DNA of 63,623 nt, filler included, from Octopus bimaculoides (GCF_001194135.2; 5 parts of 4 records of this genome joined end to end with filler, not necessarily neighbours in it), one strand, 5' to 3'. Counted from the first letter of the whole stretch, positions 22,136 to 36,200 are shown. Numbers and translations: made by a program. Notes: generated by a model not told the origin, from the sequence alone.

Positions 22136-25100
22136 NNNNNNNNNNNNNNNNNNNNNNNNNNNNNNNNNNNNNNNNNNNNNNNNNNNNNNNNNNNNNNNNN
22201 NNNNNNNNNNNNNNNNNNNNNNNNNNNNNNNNNNNNNNNNNNNNNNNNNNNNNNNNNNNNNNNNNNNNNNNNNNNNNNNNNNNNNNNNNNNNNNNNNNNN
22301 NNNNNNNNNNNNNNNNNNNNNNNNNNNNNNNNNNNNNNNNNNNNNNNNNNNNNNNNNNNNNNNNNNNNNNNNNNNNNNNNNNNNNNNNNNNNNNNNNNNN
22401 NNNNNNNNNNNNNNNNNNNNNNNNNNNNNNNNNNNNNNNNNNNNNNNNNNNNNNNNNNNNNNTATATATACATTCATATATATACTCACGCACATATGTA
22501 CACACACGTATATGTGTATGTGTGTTTGTATAACTGAAGAACTGTTTGACCCCACTCCAGCACTCCATGTAAATGAACTTATCGTAGGCTCGTAGAAGGA
22601 ATCTATTTCTTCAGGAGTTTAGAGTTACAGGAAAAAGTTATGTTGAAAGACAACAGAGTATCAGTGGATACGGATTCTAGAAAAGAAATGGGACATGGAG
22701 GAAATAATTCCTTCCAGCTACTAAATGAGTGCCGCTGCTGTGAATACCTTTGTTCGAAACTAGGGCTTGCAATGGACGTTGTACACTCCTGCAGGTTTTG
22801 GTGCAGGGAAATCTTCATCGCCCTGTCACGTTTTATCTTCGAGCTCCGTGACCACCGGAATAATTTCTCCAATAGGGAATGGATTATCATCTACAGGGCA
22901 CTCCCGTAATCGTCAGAACCTCACAACTGAAAATTTTGTCTTTACGGGAGATTACACATGTACTATCACTTTGCAGTATCCAACTACGAAATGAACTATC
23001 TCACTGTTGACACCAGAAGTATGCCCTGTTAATGAACTTCAAAACACTGGCCCCAGACGAGCCTGATGTACCAGCATGGGCTCGTCCGTACTATAATGAA
23101 GAGTACGACACTTAGTTCCACTTACCAGTATAGCCTACAGTTCTATCTCCGCTGAAAGTCCACCCTAACTCCAACAAATTTTAAACTAGTAGCACAAATC
23201 TTGTTATTTCCAGAGGAAAGTTGTCACTATTATATTGATAGTGTTTCACTGATTCCTCAGAACAGCCTTTTCTGATACATGTAGCAGCAAATGCACCGAT
23301 GTGATGTCATCCAATAAACAGCATCGAAGATTTCAGACACTGCAGTGTCAGTTGTCCACCAACATTCTGACTACGCGTATCTGAGAACAAAGTTAAGAAT
23401 CTCTGTTACTTTCACTCAATTAATACCGCGTTAGCTTAGTCTGCCAATAGAGGCCTAAAATCTACTAGCCATCTTAAGTTTGTCTCATTTCATGTTAATC
23501 TCTACTTGACTAATGAGCTAAGTTCGTTGTACAAACCTACGACATGTTAAGTTGCTTTGAGCAGAACGAAACTATTGTTAAGTAATATACGTAACACCTA
23601 CCAAATGTGTTGAGTGCCACTTTCTTTTAGCTGTTTCTTTTTTCTTACACAGCGACATGCACACACACACACAACCACGCACACATATAGCTAGATTGGT
23701 ATAACTATATATGCGTGTGCATTGAGATGTGTGTGTGTGTGTGAGTGTGTGTGTGGGGGTGTGGGGGTGTGTGTGTGTGTATGTGTGTGCATGCGTATGT
23801 CTGCCTATCTCTATGTGCAATTTTTAATTTACAAATAGATAGGATATAATTCATCAATTCATGATTTAGAAAAAAAAGGTTGTATAAGTTAAGTTGTTCC
23901 TCCCACAATTTTCATAGAAGTGCGACGTAATTACAAATTGAATGTTTGTTCAAACTGAATATAATTATTAGAAGGAACGTGTAGCCAATATTAGTGAAAA
24001 CACTAAAAAAAATATAGACTTCTTGATATTCTTTCCCACATGCACGATCACCGTCCGGAAAGCGAAGGTAAAACAAGCATTATTGCATTTCAGACATAAA
24101 ACACCTTTTCGTATATATCATGTCATACCATATCATTTCTCATCATGTGCCATTTTTTTGCGTCCGAAGGGAAGATTTATTTCAAACCATATATTTCCAA
24201 TTGAAAATGGATCAATTCAATTCTAGTGAGTAGATTCTTTAATGCAATTCGTCTTTTTATCCAGCATTTACTCTTCATACATACCCGTTTACATTGTTTC
24301 TTTCCACATAAATATCTGAGCAGAAAGCGTGTGCATACAACTTAAACGCGGTCTGTGTTATCTGTTCCTAGCTATCACATATATTGATTACAATATCTCT
24401 CTTCTAATGGAGAATTGAAAAACAGGAAGAAAAAAAAACAGTAATCTAATTAACAGAAAACACAATCACTAAATATACCCAGAAATCGCTATGTGCACAA
24501 CCAATCGACTTCTTCAGATGTACGTAAAATAGTAAAAAAAAAATACAAATTTCAGTGGAAATTGGAAATACCTAAGTGAGAAGTTCGGTTGTATTAACAC
24601 ATTAAGCTCAAAACTATTGAATTACGTAGAATACGTCTGTTCGTTATAACAGGAGAAACATGTCGATCTTTGTAATTAAAGACGCATCGGAAAAGAAAGA
24701 AAACCATTAGCCTGCATATTAGTGTCATTAACAATCACGCATGCCGTATACAACTATAACTGCTACGTATACCACTATCCTAGCCTACACCGAAAGGAAA
24801 TCCATCGTTTGATAATTATCTATGCAATAGATACGCACTACCAGAGTAAATCCGTCTCTTATGGCATTTAGAAAAAAAAAAAACGTCTGTAATTAAAACT
24901 GTTTGTAGTATAACCCGCCGAGGTTACAACGAGGTCCATGTCTCTTTATGAAATACACTTCTTCAAAATACAAGCAACGATCTTTAATACGTATTGTAGA
25001 TATTCGTTCGTTATATGACTGTATCCGAAAAAATATGTTTGTACGTAGAGAAAAACGGAATCAAGTTAACATAACAATTGCAGATTAATTGACAGGACTA

Positions 25101-25889
25101 CTGTCTATACGTTGAGGAATATGTATATATATGTATGCCTCGTTACTCCAGTTTGGATTGGTACACATTTGGATATATACGTACCTACGTACAAACATAC
25201 GTGTGCGTGTATGTGCGTGTGTGTGAGGGAGCGTGTGTCTGTACGTGCGTGCGTGCGTACGCGTGTATGCAACTGAATATATACCTGTATGTGCTTGCAT
25301 GAAATATGAATATGTCATATAGAGTACGAATAATATTCTAATAGTAATGTCAATAATGTACACACGCTCACGCACACACATATATATATGTGTGTGCGTG
25401 CGTGTGTGTGTCTGTGCATGTGTGCGTGCGTGTGTGTGTGTTGGTAGAGTATATATTTGTACGCATACGCACACACACACACACATATATATGTATGCAC
25501 GTATGTATGAAGGTATATATATAGATATTCATATATGCGTAATATGAGTACAGACATGCATATAGATTAGCTCAGAAGTAGAAATAATATCAGAGAGCAG
25601 AGAGAACCTAATCTATTATTTCATGTAAAGAGGTACATAATTATATTTTCGATATTACATGTTTTTCTGAAAGTTCTATATATTTGTTTGTCTTTTTTTT
25701 TTAATTTCCGAATTTCAGTTTAACATGCCTGATATTCCATTGTCGTTCAATATTTTTTTTTTACCCGAAATTCTTTGCAAGAGACTGATATTAACTGTCT
25801 ACAATCGTTATATTGTTTTTATTCATTTTTCTTTCAGAGGTAAATTTAAATATTGCAAGTACTATGTGCGTCTGTGTCTATACGCACAC

Positions 25890-25936
<47 letters not shown>

Positions 25937-26519
25937 TAGATACACACACACACACATATATATATTATATATGATATATATATATATATATATATATATA
26001 TNNNNNNNNNNNNNNNNNNNNNNNNNNNNNNNNNNNNNNNNNNNNNNNNNNNNNNNNNNNNNNNNNNNNNNNNNNNNNNNNNNNNNNNNNNNNNNNNNNN
26101 NNNNNNNNNNNNNNNNNNNNNNNNNNNNNNNNNNNNNNNATATATATATATATATACTTACAAGCTCATACGATCCCATAAATCTGTGTGTGTGTGCGTG
26201 TGTGAAACACAAAAAAGTTGTATCGCATAACAGATAATGAGAATACTGCAGCGTCCTTTCGAATTGTTTATAATGTACATGTTTAAACTCGAATGTTCTA
26301 TATTTTTTACTGAAATTAGTATCGAAGCACACTCGGCACCATATATACACAGACACACACAAATACATACACAGTCGCACAAAGACATATGCTCACGTAC
26401 ACAGTGCACATGCATATTAATACGAATGTATATACAACTCTGTATGCGAACGACATACACGTGCATACATACGTACGTTTATACACACACAAACGCAGGC
26501 AAACATACACGCACACACA

Positions 26520-26785
26520 CGGGATACAACAAATATTCTGCTCATTACCTCAGATTTAGTTGTGAGTTGTTTCACTTTAACCAATCGAAACTGTCCTTTA
26601 GTGCCTGACGATAAGTGCATCTCTGATCACGAGCAGAAACAGTGGGGGAGCATCATAGTAATCGCGTACGTATTTTTTGGCATGCATGCGCATAGTATAC
26701 CCTTATCAGACGAGGAGATCTGATGGATATGCTGGGCTTCCAATATTTTGCCCAGTGTATCTTTGATGGATGCACTGGTCGCTTG
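26520..26785 (+). mobile_element. Family D element, internally deleted and diverged
   Basis: caaatattctgctc..gtgcatctctgatcacgagcag..gagcatcatag [deletion] tacccttatcagacg..ctgggcttc..ctttgatgg. Confidence 0.65.
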
Positions 26786-27145
26786 TTTATTAAAGAACAT
26801 CGCAACGAAGACGACGTATTAACATTCAGCTATTGCCTACCAACCTGCACAAATCATTTGCGTGTAGTGATGTCGCACCTTAGCTCACTCTCTTGATCCA
26901 ATCAACGTTGTCTGAACAGGTGTACCTTATAACATGCATTAGGTGTTGAGGTGATTGCAGATCAAAATGAGGTGAAAAAACGTAATGCATCACTGGGTAT
27001 AGGATTTGAAACCACCATCAGGCGATCATGTATGCAACACTATAACTACTGGGGCAACTCACCCTGACATACACACACGGACAGACACACACACACATTC
27101 CATATATATATACATGTATACACATATACACATGTACACATACAA

Positions 27146-27181
<36 letters not shown>

Positions 27182-27954
27182 GTAGATAGATAGATAGATA
27201 GATGATAGATAACAATGATAGATCGCTAGCAACTACACGTGCTTTTTTTCTCACCTTGTTTCTTTGTGTGTTCCTTTCTGTGGAAGAGCGTACGATCGAA
27301 ACTTTAAAGACTTTTTTCACTTTCGGAGCGTTATACTAATGCATCTGTTTCTTGTCTACGCGACCTGTCTTCGTCTTTTGTTTTCTTTGTGGATTCTCCT
27401 CGTATATGTACTCACTAACACCGCTTTTGCTAAAGATAAGAGTTAAATGAGCTCAAAGCCACAAACGCACTGTCTTAAGCGACTGACAAAGGAAGGGTAA
27501 TGTCCATCGTACATAGCCGGATCGTGATTTCGGATTTTTTTGAAGTCCATTTTAATCCTCAGTGCATTTGTGGTTTTGAGTTAATTTAATTCTCATCTGT
27601 AGCATAATTGGTGATACCTCGTATCCTCTGTCACTTCTCTGACTTCTACTAGTTCTGTATTTGTGTTATATATATATATATATATNNNNNNNNNNNNNNN
27701 NNNNNNNNNNNNNNNNNNNNNNNNNNNNNNNNNNNNNNNNNNNNNNNNNNNNNNNNNNNNNNNNNNNNNNNNNNNNNNNNNNNNNNNNNNNNNNNNNNNN
27801 NNNNNNNNNNNNNNNNNNNNNNNNNNNNNNNNNNNNNNNNNNNNNNNNNNNNNNNNNNNNNNNNNNNNNNNNNNNNNNNNNNNNNNNNNNNNNNNNNNNN
27901 NNNNNNNNNNNNNNNNNNNNNNNNNNNNNNNNTATATATATATATATATATGCA

Positions 27955-28054
27955 TATAATAATAATATTAGGGATAAAAATCCAAATGTACACGTAAAAA
28001 CTCAATTAAATTCAATTTATTAAAAATTAAAATTGAATTTAGTTTGACAGTATA

Positions 28055-28087
<33 letters not shown>

Positions 28088-28335
28088 TATATAGTTTTAG
28101 GGAAAAGAACCAAGGTTCATGAGCTCATCGACGAAAATCTACTGTCACTTATATAAAAATTAATAAGTAAAAGCATAATAAATAAGTATAATATAATAGA
28201 AAGTAAATATAATGATAATGATAATGATAAAAAAAAATGACTTCACGTGTTTCATAACCAATTTTCAAATAGAAAGAATATTTAAATCGATTAAATCTAT
28301 TGAAAATCAATTCTATTCCAAAATATAGCTAATTT
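27955..28335. repeat. Unclassified AT-rich interspersed repeat (second copy at 43440-43750)
   Basis: Both copies share taataatattaggg..aaaactcaattaaa..gttttaggga..ctcatcga.gaaaatc..cacgtgtttcataac..ttttcaaatagaaa..tttaaatcgatt. Confidence 0.7.
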
Positions 28336-30993
28336 ACAGGTCAAAATACAACAATAATAATAATAACAGAATATATATCAACCAACAATAAGTACAAAAT
28401 GAATGTAAATAAGATACTTATTATATTAAGATAGAAAAATATTATTAAAAATATCAAAATTATAAACGTTCCATAATGAACCCTACGTCCATTATAATAC
28501 AAGCTAACAGGAATATCATATGCAAATCCAACTTGAATGAATCTTTCGTTTAAAATACATTTTACCGAAATTCATTTGAAGTTTAAATAGCACTATCTCA
28601 GTATCCTTCCTTGTCTCGTTTTGTTCAATAGTTTTCATATTCTCCTCAATAAATTCTAACACTTTAGTCATACCTGTACAAATTGAATGGAGTATATGGT
28701 ATTCACATTTGCTCCACAACCATCCACATCTCAATAGACAGTATTTTTATGTATTAGGTACTACCAAAATTCCCTGAATATATGTTACAATTTCTTCGAA
28801 CTCAAGGTCGTTTTTCAATCATAATGTAACTTGAATGTTGCTCTCGTTTATGATAAAATAAATCTATAATGCCACAGATAGAGTGTGTTCCTATGTTTTG
28901 ACAAACTTTATTTTTATCTGAGTCTTTTTCATTTTCCTGAAACGATATTTTTACGCTGGTTACTATCTTCATAAGTGTATTCGTATTATTTTAATATATG
29001 TTTATACTGTCACAAATTGATCTTCTGAGTTATTTTTAATTTAATCTGAGATAATATACATTGACGTTTGCTATGACTTCCTGATCCATCGGTTGGAGCG
29101 AAGTAACGCTATACTTGTAAATATATTCCTTTCATACATTTGAAAAAAATAAGCTTATGGTAGAGCTTCATGACTGTATTAGGAAAAGCATTGCAGCATT
29201 GACAATATTGTGAATATTCTTATATATATTATGTTAAATAAGTAAATTGAAGACCATCTGTCTTGAGAACGAAGAAACCAAAAATCGTGTAAACAATGGA
29301 ACGTCTACACGTTCCCATGGTAATGATGAAAAACGTGGCGAAATCTTTTACAAAAGACGCTTTGTCTTATTAAGACAATACTACATTGTTTGACCAGATC
29401 GGACAAAATACGTATGGTGTTATGGTGATGTGTAGACATCCTTGTGCCGCAAGACACAAAACCGATATCTAGACTATATGTATCCACGGGTTTGCAGATG
29501 TCTATCTTGCAAAAGAAGAGCAACGTAACTGTCGCAAGTTTCAGACAAATGAGAAACAAGGTAGGACTTCAGGAAATTGGAATAAATTGTGTCGGAGAAT
29601 TATTAGTATCTCATAGATGAAAAATATCAAAACATGTATCACATGCTAGAAATCGAAACCAAACTTAAGACCGTGGAAGTGCCCTCAATGTAGAAATCTG
29701 CATTGAAATCAATTCGTTAGATGCATTACATAAATATAATGGGTGTATGATTATAGCAGACAATACCATTGATAATAGACGTAGTGAATCACATTTTTTA
29801 GGAAATATATTACAGCCACATCTAGATTATGCCCCCAAATATTATCCCACGTACTTAGTCTAGATATGAATTTTGTACACAACATCTTGCTAACACCAAT
29901 AAGCATAATCGTCTAAATCAAATTGCTACTCTGCACATTTTTAGAAGCTGATAAAAGGGAACAAGGAGCTGTGGCTTTCAAACAAAGTATTGCTTCCATG
30001 GCTCTGCACATTTGCTATATGCTCACAAATATGTAATTTGGAGCAAATGAACAAGAAAACAAGCAGCAGAAACAATAAGAACTGCAAGGATAGTATGATG
30101 ATGACACTGTGCTCGTTAATTTATGTTTATTTTTCACGAGGCATATTATTTTCTCTGAAAATGATATGGTACATTTTCTTGGTCATTTTAGTACATGCGT
30201 TTCTTTCTCAAACAACACAGAAAGCCGTGCATCTAGGGTTGAAAATACCAATGATATTCAACGCAAAGCGATTTTGCTAGTAATAAATTTGCAAAGCAAA
30301 TTTGAAGCTTGTTTTAGTAGTTTAGTGTTTGATGTTATTCATTTAATGCTTGTTTTGATATTGAGATCCAACATCACCGGTCATATATCTGAAGAATATA
30401 CTTGGTTATTCATACACATATATACGTGTGGGTGTATGTGAGTGTGAGTGTCTATGCGTATATCTGTACGTGTATAATATGGGTGTGCGCGCGCATATAT
30501 GTAATCGTAATGTTTGGAATCCTTTCTAAATTATTCATTATGATTTGTATTTAAATGGAACTGCTTTGATCATTGTGTCTCATAAATCTTTCTCAATAAT
30601 TCTAATTTTCCGCTTCAATCGTTCTTCTAGTTTCTTTCCCTTAATCGCAAATTTCTTTTGATAGAAACCAGTTTTTGCATCCCTTGCCTTTTTTTAAATT
30701 CCCTCTATAAATCAATCGTTTATGTCATTGTTCTTCACATCTCTGATTTTATTTCCAATTTTGTTTGTCATGTGTTCATACCACTAAGAACTCCACTGAT
30801 GATACTTTTCATATTCATTGCATCGTAATTCACTCCTCCCAAAGAATTTATTTTCAATTCAACGCCTACGTTGCTCTTCAATACTTAAATTGCTCCTTGT
30901 ATTCCAAACATATCTATACCAATGATAAAACTAATAAAAATGATGATGCTCCTCATAATAATAATGCTGGGAGTGGGTTAGTCGGGCATAACG

Positions 30994-31181
30994 AACACAG
31001 TTTTATATTTAAGAGATGAGGAATTATGTATATTATTGACATTTTTGAAATTGACGGATATTTGTCATCATCTTGTATGTTGTTAACACAACGTTTCGAC
31101 TGAATATAACAACCAGTCTTCGTTAGGGGAAATTTGGAAACTGAGTTCTCGTTCCTAAGGTATTTTTCGATGCTGTGGTTG

Positions 31182-31186
<5 letters not shown>
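30994..31186 (-). mobile_element. Penelope-like terminal-repeat fragment containing a decayed hammerhead-ribozyme-like motif
   Basis: The minus strand reads CTAACGA-A-GACTG-gttgttatatt-CAGTC-GAAAC-GTT. The Penelope assignment is inferred from the known PLE-hammerhead association. Confidence 0.5.
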
Positions 31187-31240
<54 letters not shown>

Positions 31241-31465
31241 GCATTTGTTGAAATTGTACTACAATGTCAGGTGTTCACTACCAGTGACCTAAGGTTACAC
31301 CTCTTATTTTTCGTGCACCTTCCGGAGTATTCGAGCGGTTCGAAACAGTGCTGGTTTCTGCAAGTGCTCCACTCTTATTACAACCACTATTTGTTCCATG
31401 TACTTCTCACATACTACTTCCAGTGGATGCTAGGAGCGCCGCCTTGAAAAGAAGCAATTACACCT
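31241..31465 (-). mobile_element. R4/Dong-like LINE extreme 3' end with (AAT)n tail
   Basis: The minus strand translates to KYMEQIVVVIRVEHLQKPALFRTARILRKVHEK*, then a ~60-nt UTR running into (AAT)n at 31187-31240. Confidence 0.75.
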
Positions 31466-32479
31466 GTTTTATTTGTAATTACTAGTAGAAAAAACAATAA
31501 TATATATATATATCGACTTTAAATAGAGCTCAAAATTGATCCGTTGACAATACTTTATAATAATAATAACAATGAAAATGACCTATGAACATATATATAT
31601 ATATATANNNNNNNNNNNNNNNNNNNNNNNNNNNNNNNNNNNNNNTATATACAATAAAAAGTGTGTATACGTATTTGGGTACTATATTAAAGTTTAAAAG
31701 TTTTCTTGAGATGTTCGTTTCTCTATCCGGTTGAAGAATACAGTAGGACTTTTGCAATGAAAAGGATATTTACATTTTTGAACACCCAGGGAGTGTCAAA
31801 AAGAAAAGAAAAAAATAGAAAAGTTAATATCTCAAATTTTGTGTGAACAGCTAACCTGTCACCAGCTGAAAACACAGAAACGCTAATACAACTGAAAAAA
31901 TAACTCAAAAAGACTGGAATATCTACAGTTTTCTATGAGTATTTTGACTTTCCCTCAAATTAAGTTAAGGTACTCATATATCTACAGCTTTGGACATACA
32001 AACGAACACCTCAAAAAAACAAACGAAAATATAAACTTCAAAATCTCCAATTTTGTGTGAACGTTTTGTCTTCCCTTCTTCCCTAACTAACAGATTATGT
32101 AAACATGTATTTTTATTGCATCAACACAATTAAATGCACGATAAAAAAATTAAGGAAGTAAGTACCTTCAACTATATACATACTGCACAACTACAAAAAC
32201 TGTAAACCACAGCAAAACGTTTAAAAAGTAAATAAAAATTTCAAAAGAAAAAGAAATTCAAAAATTCAAAAATCCAACAAGGTGAACATCTCTTCCTACT
32301 ATTTCCAAAGAATGGAACATCTACAATTTACTGTGAATATTTTAAATCTCCCTCAAAATAAAATAAGTTAGGAAACTTCCATACCTGCAACATTCGAACA
32401 CACACGCNNNNNNNNNNAAAAAAAAAAAAAAAAAAAAAAAATAATATCTTTAATTCGTACAAATCGGTTCGAAGTCTCA

Positions 32480-32970
32480 CAGAGTGACCTCAAGAGACGA
32501 CAAGTCAGAAGCTCATGTTGGTGTTATGCCTACTGTGTCATATATTTAGTTTTGCTCATGGTTATGTACTAGGGAATTTTTAAGAAATCATATGATAATT
32601 ATGTTTGTTTCAAAATTTGAGATTACGTAGACAGTATTTTACGTAGGATATGTGGAATTCATATGAGCACTATTTTTTTGGATTCCTGCCATTTTGGGGT
32701 TTCCTGATATCTGAGCTAGGTAGCAATCGACTCCTTTTGCTATCATTCCTAGGACACCTATGACAGCAGTTATTGTCTTAGTATTGAGGTTCCAATTTCT
32801 ATTTCAAGATATTTATACTTGCTCAGCTTTTAGGATGTCTTGATAGGTACATTTATATCAATTGAGACATTCATATCATTGAGGAGGCAGGATTTTTGTC
32901 TGAAGTCCTTCCATATAATGTCTGCCCTATTCGAAGCTATCTTTCTGTTAGTTTGATTGGTGGTTGTTAT
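32480..32970 (-). mobile_element. R4/Dong-like LINE 3' fragment (RLE domain)
   Basis: The minus strand translates to QTNRKIASNRADIIWKDFRQKSCLLNDM..KLSKYKYLEIEI..VIGVLGMIAKG..HILRKIL. Its truncated 5' edge abuts (AAT)n. Confidence 0.78.
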
Positions 32971-33188
32971 TAGTATTTATTATCATTATTATTATTATTA
33001 TTATTATTATTAGATGTAGAGAAAAGAGAAGTTAATGATGGAAAGCGCGACTCGAAAGCAACAGATATTTATTTGTAGTTGAACGATATTTTGGCATTTC
33101 GTGTCCCTTCCATAGGTTGAAAATAAATATGTCAGTCTAATTCATTTTACTAGTTTATGTGGGACTGAAGTATAAAATGTATAATAAT

Positions 33189-33222
<34 letters not shown>

Positions 33223-36200
33223 NNNNNNNNNNNNNNNNNNNNNNNNNNNNNNNNNNNNNNNNNNNNNNNNNNNNNNNNNNNNNNNNNNNNNNNNNNNNNN
33301 NNNNNNNNNNNNNNNNNNNNNNNNNNNNNNNNNNNNNNNNNNNNNNNNNNNNNNNNNNNNNNNNNNNNNNNNNNNNNNNNNNNNNNNNNNNNNNNNNNNN
33401 NNNNNNNNNNNNNNNNNNNNNNNNNNNNNNNNNNNNNNNNNNNNNNNNNNNNNNNNNNNNNNNNNNNNNNNNNNNNNNNNNNNNNNNNNNNNNNNNNNNN
33501 NNNNNNNNNNNNNNNNNNNNNNNNNNNNNNNNNNNNNAAATGCGGAGCAGATAAAACAGTGGACAGCTGATGAAGGGATTGTTCTTTATGGTGCATGCGT
33601 CCCTTTATTGTGCCATGAGAAGAACTTTGAACACCTTCATTGTTGCCACCAGCTCAACCCTAGTGTTACAGGCAGGGTAGTTGATGTGTTTCTCAATTAT
33701 GCCTCGTATATAATAGTATTGGATTACTGTCTTCATGAAAATGGTATATGTTTAAACAGTAAAATCTCCCATGACTATTTATGACTATTTCCGGAGTTAT
33801 GGCATTACACTAATCTGCTCTTACTTATATAGCCTTCCAGTAGCAACCCCCTACAGCAAGGGATCCATTAAAATGTCAGGTAGCTGAAGACAAATGTCTG
33901 AACTGAGCATAAGAACAGGTTCAAGGGTGTGAAGATAAATACCGCATGTAATATTCCTGCCTTTGTGCCTTGGATACGTGGACTCCGTTAAATCTGAATA
34001 TGTCATAGCTTTCAGCTTTCACAGTGTTCATACATTTTTAAGCATCGCACATGTTGTCAGCATGGTGATATCCCGCATGAATCATTAACAGGCAAACATA
34101 TTTTTCTGTCAAAAGCAACTTTGAAACATGATGCTCTCCAATTCTGCCGAGTGTTCATCAATACATGGAGGTACTTTCTTACATGAGACTGTTGAAAGTT
34201 TTTCTCTCCATGTTACTAATTTATAGGGAGTTGGCAGAAGACAAGTGCACACAATGTGGACAGAAAACTCACTTCAAGGTTATATATATAAAGCCTCACG
34301 GAAATCATGCCTCATGTCTCACGCGTTTAGCAACATTATTACCTCAGCTGGTAGTATCATAAATCCATATCCTGGGACATGTGAATATACTACCCATCTA
34401 CTATATATTACTCAGTTCATTGTATTTCCTCAATTGTATGCGCTATAGTGTTACACTTATTCGTCTATTTATATACGTGATCATATTCGTATATAATTGT
34501 GCATACGTGTTGAACAGGGGAATTATGATGTATGAATTCTTGTGAATATATTAGTTCGTTATTATTTACTTCCTCATTATTGAAGAAGTTAATATTCTTG
34601 ATAATATGAGAACTAGTGGTTGCCTTAGATTCATAAGTATTACCAATGTAACACGTCGCAATTCCTGAAATTAATGTCAACTACTTCTTGCTATACAAAA
34701 TCTATATTTTTAATTGAATGGAAAACCCGAGAATAAAACTTCACTACATCATTTTAACATTGTATATAATTCTACAATTACGGAATCTTATATTACATTT
34801 GCATATAAGCTATGAAATATCAACCATAATTGTATCCAACAGAGATATTGATATCTCACCAGCTAGAAAATCTATTTGCATCTCTAAAGAATCAACTTGG
34901 ATTTCAAAAAATATTTAAAGTAACATTATATTCATTATCGACTGCAAGGATATTGTAGGAATTAGTAATAATTTTCAACAATATGTTTTAACCACTTTAC
35001 ATGAAATCACATTGCCTGTGTCTGCTTTGTCCATTATTCCGTACATTTAAGCAAATTGGTACTTGAAGATTATACCAAAAGAATCATTTCATACATTTTC
35101 CTAAATTTTAGATTTATCAGATTTAATCGCACAGTGTAATTCCGTTAATATCACATTTCTTGTTAAGTTGAAATATACGTCTCAAGCAAAAGACACACAC
35201 AAACAATTACAAAGAAGATACAATTTATTAAAAATAATGCGATCTTACCCAATAGAATTATCCACAATTTACTCGTTAATTATATCATTATTATCTACCT
35301 TATATAAGAATTGATAGAGATTTCCAATACTTTATCAGTATTCAAGCAGCATTAGATTCAACTAAAGTACAATATACCAATAAAATAAAAATATAAAAGA
35401 AACCTAAGAAAATAACACATACCAAACATGAAAAGATACATATAACATTTTATAACATTCCTTTGTATTTGCAATCACCAGCTTCCCATCCTGCGAATTA
35501 ACATCCTTCACTTAATACAATTTGCACAAAATGTAGCCTAGGCGGATCCTAGAGAGCATTCAACAAACCATAAAACATTAATGCAAATTTAATTTTAAAA
35601 GAAAAGAATATGAAAATACAGCATGACAGGCACCATTATTTCAATGTTCGAGGCATATAACACAGAGGATCTAGTATCAGGTTTAGTAGAAAAAGAGGAA
35701 CAAATGTCTCGGTGAAAAAGTCGAACCCAAGAGAGAAGCAAAATTTGGTACGGGAATTAAATCAACTACAGTCTATAATAAGCTGTATATAATTTAATAA
35801 GTTATAAAAAAAACAGACACTAGAGGGAAAATTCAGAATTTAAAAGAAAACACAAAGTAATACTACTATTGAATAAAACAGAGTTGTTCCTATAAAGCCT
35901 GGTTGACTATATTACCTAAAACACCTATTTACATACCGAATATACGCCATTCACATTAAATACATTCTATCTATACATGCAACGCTGTGGCGAAATTTTC
36001 ACTAACGTATAAAAGAAATATATACACATTGAAACAACAGACTATTGTAACCGTTTTTCAAACAAATACACGCCAAATCCACTATGAATAGAAGAATACA
36101 ACATCATTATCAAAATCAGAGAAGTATTGTCAATGTCTTCATGACCTATGTTGAAGAAGCTTTTAGATAATTTATGTTATCTCGAAAGCCTTCATGCCAT

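Noticed and set aside
26605-26650. CTGACGA...GAAAC in family D as a hammerhead ribozyme
   Set aside because: No stem II closes directly onto GAAA, and the other D copies read GAAGT at that position.
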